DNA from: Candidatus Eiseniibacteriota bacterium
GTDB taxonomy: Bacteria; Eisenbacteria; RBG-16-71-46; SZUA-252
Direction: 5' to 3'
Length of the DNA stretch: 64,000 bases
Assembly: GCA_963703225.1 (NCBI GenBank)
Contig: OY969801.1
Span: 1,472,001-1,536,000, forward strand
Part shown: piece after piece, positions 60,660 through 64,000 of the stretch
Numbering within the stretch: position 1 is the first letter of the stretch
How the letters are laid out: every line of letters starts with the position of its first letter
Notes under the pieces: generated by a model
Databases searched by the model: none
Told to the model about the DNA's origin: nothing
Seen by the model: the letters and a program-made list of their open reading frames with translations, nothing else
Position numbers and translations under genes: made by a program

Positions 60660-60675
60660 TGCAATCTCCGTGCCC
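60660..60675 (-). promoter_or_regulatory. Sigma-54 (-24/-12) promoter of the GAF-GGDEF gene
   Basis: GGGCACGGAGATTGCA with GG-N10-GC spacing, close to consensus TGGCACG-N4-TTGC. Confidence 0.72.
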
Positions 60676-60686
60676 CGATTTGCGAC

Positions 60687-60934
60687 TTATTCGTCCTTCA
60701 GGAAGAGACCGAGCTGCCGGCGCAAGTCGGGAGAGGGCGAAGAGGAAGACGGCCGCGATCCCCGCCGGGATGTACCAGTAGGGCCTCCAGCCCCCGGGGA
60801 GGCTCGCCGGAGGAGCGGAGAAAGACGATCAGGAGCAGGAGATCGGCAACGACGACCGCCCCGCTCACGAGCATCGTCGCGAGGCGCGCGGTCCGGCGCT
60901 CGGTCCAGTGAAAGCGCTTCTGGGGATCCGCCAT
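60687..60934 (-). CDS. Small two-TM hypothetical membrane protein (two apparent frameshifts)
   Basis: Hydrophobic segment 1 VVVADLLLLIVFL; segment 2 YWYIPAGIAAVFLFAL and tail LRRQLGLFLKDE fall in successive frames. Confidence 0.45.
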
Positions 60935-60976
60935 GGCTCAGGTTATTCCCGCAGCCGGGGCGCGACTGGGGAAGCA

Positions 60977-61053
60977 TGGTGCGCCCGAAGGGATTCGAAC
61001 CCCTGGCCTTCTGCTCCGGAGGCAGACGCTCTATCCAGCTGAGCTACGGGCGC
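60977..61053 (-). tRNA. tRNA-Arg(CCG)
   Basis: GCGCCCGTAGCTCAGCTGGATAGAGCGTCTGCCTCCGGAGCAGAAGGCCAGGGGTTCGAATCCCTTCGGGCGCACCA; full cloverleaf with encoded CCA. Confidence 0.97.
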
Positions 61054-61064
61054 AAACCGTCAGG

Positions 61065-61092
61065 AGTCTAGCGTGTTTCGCAGCTTTGGCAA
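61065..61092 (-). promoter_or_regulatory. Sigma-70-like promoter of tRNA-Arg
   Basis: TTGCCA-N16-TAGACT, 11 nt before the mature 5' end. Confidence 0.55.
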
Positions 61093-61226
61093 AGTGTGGG
61101 CAGGTCGCGTCCCGATGCCGAGGCGCTTCGTGATCTTGAAGATGATGGCTCGGTACGTGCCGTACTCATCAGCAAGTTCGCCAAGTTCAGTCACCTGAGG
61201 TGCGGTCTCCATATCTGGCTAACGCC

Positions 61227-61901
61227 TTATTGGGCGGCTCCTGTCTGTAGCACGCACACCACTCGCGTGATTACGAACCCATGCTCGGGGCTCACCACGT
61301 CGTCGACGCGGTGGACCGGAAGCCCCCAATCCCGGATCTCGTCGACCAGGAGCTCGGCGCGGATGCCCGCTGGCCTCGAGCTCCCGTACGAACAGATGAT
61401 CAACCGCCCGCCCGGTGCGAGGAATCGCCCCAGCAGCCGCTCGGCGTACTCGCGGCGCCGCCGCGGCGGCACGTACACCAGCTCGGTCCTCACGAAATCG
61501 AAGCGAGCCGGCGGCTCCCAGAGGAGAGCGTTCCCGACAAAGATTCGGTCGCGCCACCACGGGAGGCGCTCCCGGGCCAGCTCCGCCAGCTTCTCCGAGA
61601 TGTCGAGGCCGAACGGCTCGACGCGGTGACCGTCCTCGCGCGCCCACGCGAGGACACTCTCCATCAGCAGGCCGCTCGCGCACCCAATGTCGAGGAAGGA
61701 GCCGTCCCTGTCGATCGGCACCACGACCGGGCGGCGGAAGCGCTCCCAGTTGAGGTCGTCTCGCCCGAACCCGGACTGCTGCCGCGGGTTGGTGCCGACG
61801 AGGTACTTCCCTTCGTGGAGCGCCCGACCCAACTCCACTACCAGGACGATACTCTGCGCGAGACCTGGCAGCGCGGCATCCGGATACGCCGCGGATCTCA
61901 C
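61227..61901 (-). CDS. Class I SAM-dependent methyltransferase
   Basis: FLDIGCASG, GLDIS, FDFV, LAPGGRLI; start uncertain. Confidence 0.8.
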   Translation of the reverse strand: MRSAAYPDAALPGLAQSIVLVVELGRALHEGKYLVGTNPRQQSGFGRDDLNWERFRRPVVVPIDRDGSFLDIGCASGLLMESVLAWAREDGHRVEPFGLDISEKLAELARERLPWWRDRIFVGNALLWEPPARFDFVRTELVYVPPRRRREYAERLLGRFLAPGGRLIICSYGSSRPAGIRAELLVDEIRDWGLPVHRVDDVVSPEHGFVITRVVCVLQTGAAQ

Positions 61902-61957
61902 CCGGTAGCGGAACTCGTGTCAGGCGTCCGGTTAACCGAAGGGCTGCAGGATAGCGA

Positions 61958-62410
61958 TTAGCAAGTGACGAGGTCCGTATGCCCAAAGCCCTTGGAATAG
62001 TCGAGTACGGAAATGGTCATCGGCGCTACGCGGAAGAGGCGGACCTCGTCCGGGCTTGGCATCTTCATCGGCAAGGGTGGTGCATCAGGGTACTTCAGCG
62101 GAAGCATGCGCAAGATCCTTTCCGCTTCAGCCCGATCAGTCACCGCATGCGCGTGCGCTGCCATCGATAAGCCCGTGATCGCCATCAGATCCGCGGTGTC
62201 GTGATCGATCGTCAGCGAGATGCGATCATCTCGCGCTAAATTATTCGCCTTCTGACTGTCAAGGCCGCAGAGAAAATAGAGCACCAGGCCCTCGTTCACA
62301 TAGCCAACGGTCGTTGCCTGTGGCCAGCCATCTGGCCGCAGCGTCGCAACCGTCATGATTCGGTGTTGGTCCAGCAGCGTCAGGATCTTCCTTCTAATTT
62401 CATCGTCCAT
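61958..62410 (-). CDS. Pyridoxamine 5'-phosphate oxidase-like FMN/F420-binding split-barrel protein
   Basis: TVATLRPDGWPQ, SQKANNL.RD.RISL, LDYSKGFGH; GGAG RBS. Confidence 0.85.
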   Translation of the reverse strand: MDDEIRRKILTLLDQHRIMTVATLRPDGWPQATTVGYVNEGLVLYFLCGLDSQKANNLARDDRISLTIDHDTADLMAITGLSMAAHAHAVTDRAEAERILRMLPLKYPDAPPLPMKMPSPDEVRLFRVAPMTISVLDYSKGFGHTDLVTC

Positions 62411-62486
62411 GATTCGTCTCCATGATCGCGAACAGGGTTGTTGCGCGGACGCTTCCAGCATTGCCGTTGGGCGACTTCCCATCTCA

Positions 62487-62526
62487 CTCCAGAGGCAGCC
62501 GCTCTATCCACCTGAGCTACGCCCGC
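62487..62526 (-). repeat. Degenerate direct repeat of the 5' half of tRNA-Arg(CCG) (att-like)
   Basis: 35/40 identity to 61014..61053, ending at the 3' side of the anticodon loop. Confidence 0.85.
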
Positions 62527-62537
62527 AACAGATTGGC

Positions 62538-62566
62538 ATTGTACAGACTTGGGCGGTTCCTGGAAA
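62538..62566 (-). promoter_or_regulatory. Sigma-70-like promoter in front of the tRNA fragment
   Basis: TTTCCA-N17-TACAAT, same 11-nt distance to the fragment as in the intact tRNA. Confidence 0.5.
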
Positions 62567-62591
62567 GCTCTGTCGAGGTGCGAATGGTCGG

Positions 62592-63683
62592 CTAGGCAGG
62601 CTTTGCGACCGCTTCGTATGCCTTTCGGATGGTGGCGATGTAGCCCTGGAGCGCTTCGAGCTTCGAGGGGGTGAGCGCCTGGGGCCCATCGCAGAGCGCC
62701 AGCTCGGGGCGCGGGTGGAAGTCGACGAGCACCATCGTGGCGCCGGTGATGACTCCCTGCCCAATCACATGGAAGATGTCAGGGAGCCCGTCCGGGGCGA
62801 TGTCCAGGCGCCCGACGCTGTGCGACGGGTCGATGCAGACGGGCAAGCGCGTTTGTCGACGCACGACCGGCACGTGCGCGAAATCAACGAAGTTTCGATG
62901 GGGGTCCCCGAGGTGGGTTTTCACGCCTCGTAGGCAGAACACGATGTTCGGATTGCCCTCGCTCGCGACGTACTCGCACGCATTGAGCGACTCCTCCAGC
63001 GTGATGCCCATCCCACGCTTGAAGAGGACTGGGAACCTCCGCTGCTGGCCCACGGACTTGAGCAGCTCGAAGTTCTGGGTGTTGCGCGTGCCGATCTGGA
63101 GCATGACGCCCGTCGGGTTGCCTGCCTCCTCGAGCGCCGCGCGGACTTCATCGACGTGCCGCGCGTCGGTCACCTCCATGGCGATGACCTTGATCTCGAA
63201 CTTGCCGGCCAGCTCGAAGACCCACGGGAGGCAGCCCTTGCCGAGTCCCTGGAAGTCGTAGGGGCTGGTGCGCGGCTTGTAGGCGCCCATGCGGGTCGTG
63301 CGGATCCCGGCGGCCTGGAGCGCGGCCATCATTTCTTCCACGTTTTGGCGCGAGTCGACCGCGCAGAGGCCGGCGAAGAGCTTGACGCTGCGCTCGTCGA
63401 AGCGCACCCCGTTGTATTCGAACCCAGGCGTCTCGGCGCTCGAGTGCCGGCCGATGAGGCGATACTTGACCGAGACGCGCACCGCCTGGAGAACGCCCGG
63501 TATGTTCTCGAAGATGTCGGTGGGCACGGTGCGCGTGGAGCCGATGAGGTGAATCTCGGTGATCGAAGTGGAGGCGCCGCGGAACTCGTACTTGCGCGCG
63601 GTGACCCCCGCATGGCGCTCGGAGAGTCGAATGACCGATGCGACGACGCTCTCCGGAGCATCCGGTTCCAGCGTGATGATCAT
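62592..63683 (-). CDS. 3-deoxy-7-phosphoheptulonate (DAHP) synthase, type I-beta, with N-terminal regulatory domain
   Basis: AGLCAV, GAYKPRTSPYDFQGLG, QIGTRN.QNF.LL, KRG, DPSH, DFHP, CDGPQ. Confidence 0.9.
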   Translation of the reverse strand: MIITLEPDAPESVVASVIRLSERHAGVTARKYEFRGASTSITEIHLIGSTRTVPTDIFENIPGVLQAVRVSVKYRLIGRHSSAETPGFEYNGVRFDERSVKLFAGLCAVDSRQNVEEMMAALQAAGIRTTRMGAYKPRTSPYDFQGLGKGCLPWVFELAGKFEIKVIAMEVTDARHVDEVRAALEEAGNPTGVMLQIGTRNTQNFELLKSVGQQRRFPVLFKRGMGITLEESLNACEYVASEGNPNIVFCLRGVKTHLGDPHRNFVDFAHVPVVRRQTRLPVCIDPSHSVGRLDIAPDGLPDIFHVIGQGVITGATMVLVDFHPRPELALCDGPQALTPSKLEALQGYIATIRKAYEAVAKPA

Positions 63684-63694
63684 GCGCGGGCTCC

Positions 63695-64000
63695 TTAGAA
63701 GAAGCGCTTCACGATGCTCAACGCGCCCTGTTTCCAGGGCACCCTGTGGGAGACCCCGGAACTTTGCTCGAACTCGGCCTGGTGCGCCAGATACCACTCG
63801 AAGTTCCGCACCAAGGCCTGCTGATTGGAGAACCGGGGCTTGAATCCGATCGCCCGCTCCGCCTTCTCAATCGACACGAACGAGTCCTTGCTGGCCGTTT
63901 CGTAGACCCATTTGTAGAGGGGCGAGAGCCGGAGGGCGTCCAGGACCCGCAGAGCCCAGATCACGGGCGCCGCCGGAAAACCCGATACCCGCTTCCCGAA
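63695..64000 (-). CDS. C-terminal part of an NAD-dependent epimerase/dehydratase (partial at the right edge)
   Basis: VSIEKAERAIGFKPRFSN..AL....EWY is typical of extended SDR C-termini. Confidence 0.65.
   Translation of the reverse strand, partial: FGKRVSGFPAAPVIWALRVLDALRLSPLYKWVYETASKDSFVSIEKAERAIGFKPRFSNQQALVRNFEWYLAHQAEFEQSSGVSHRVPWKQGALSIVKRFF

Noticed and set aside
62487..62526. A second functional tRNA
   Set aside because: No T-arm or acceptor 3' strand, and the anticodon and acceptor positions are mutated
1..64000. Many long antisense or alternate-frame ORFs (e.g. 10753..12168 +, 28198..29682 -, 37642..39066 -, 44973..46361 +)
   Set aside because: They are Arg/Pro/Gly-rich shadows of motif-bearing genes, as expected in high-GC DNA
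1..64000. CRISPR arrays, transposases, integrases, prophage or rRNA genes
   Set aside because: No regularly spaced repeats or diagnostic motifs were seen

Overview
GC-rich bacterial window. The FlgD/T9SS-like C-terminal domains and WTAPGDDG-type FN3 proteins suggest a Candidatus Eisenbacteria-like or FCB-related lineage (inference only). About 57 kb is one large exosortase A (XrtA/PEP-CTERM-type) exopolysaccharide locus. It encodes Wza/Wzc-type and Wzm/Wzt export, nucleotide-sugar enzymes, many glycosyltransferases and deacetylases, and an ACP/AMP-ligase/PLP-decarboxylase/AsnB/GNAT/FemAB/ATP-grasp decoration module. Its left end holds a cluster of secreted FN3 proteins. The right end carries wecB, DUF92, a prenol-kinase-like gene, a GAF-GGDEF gene, tRNA-Arg(CCG), a small islet and a DAHP synthase. 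Main findings: (1) a probable 3',3'-cGAMP circuit, made of a GEMM-I riboswitch with the A20 (GEMM-Ib) variant and an overlapping intrinsic terminator upstream of the FN3 operon, plus a GAF-GGDEF enzyme with the Hypr Asp-to-Ser substitution, both behind sigma-54-like promoters; (2) five secreted proteins with a complementary pattern of N-terminal FN3 domains lacking strand A and orphan C-terminal A-strands, suggesting a donor-strand-complemented surface assembly; (3) an islet bounded by tRNA-Arg and a degenerate copy of its 5' half. Several genes carry single-base frameshifts that look like read errors. All family assignments come from motif recognition by eye, not from database searches.
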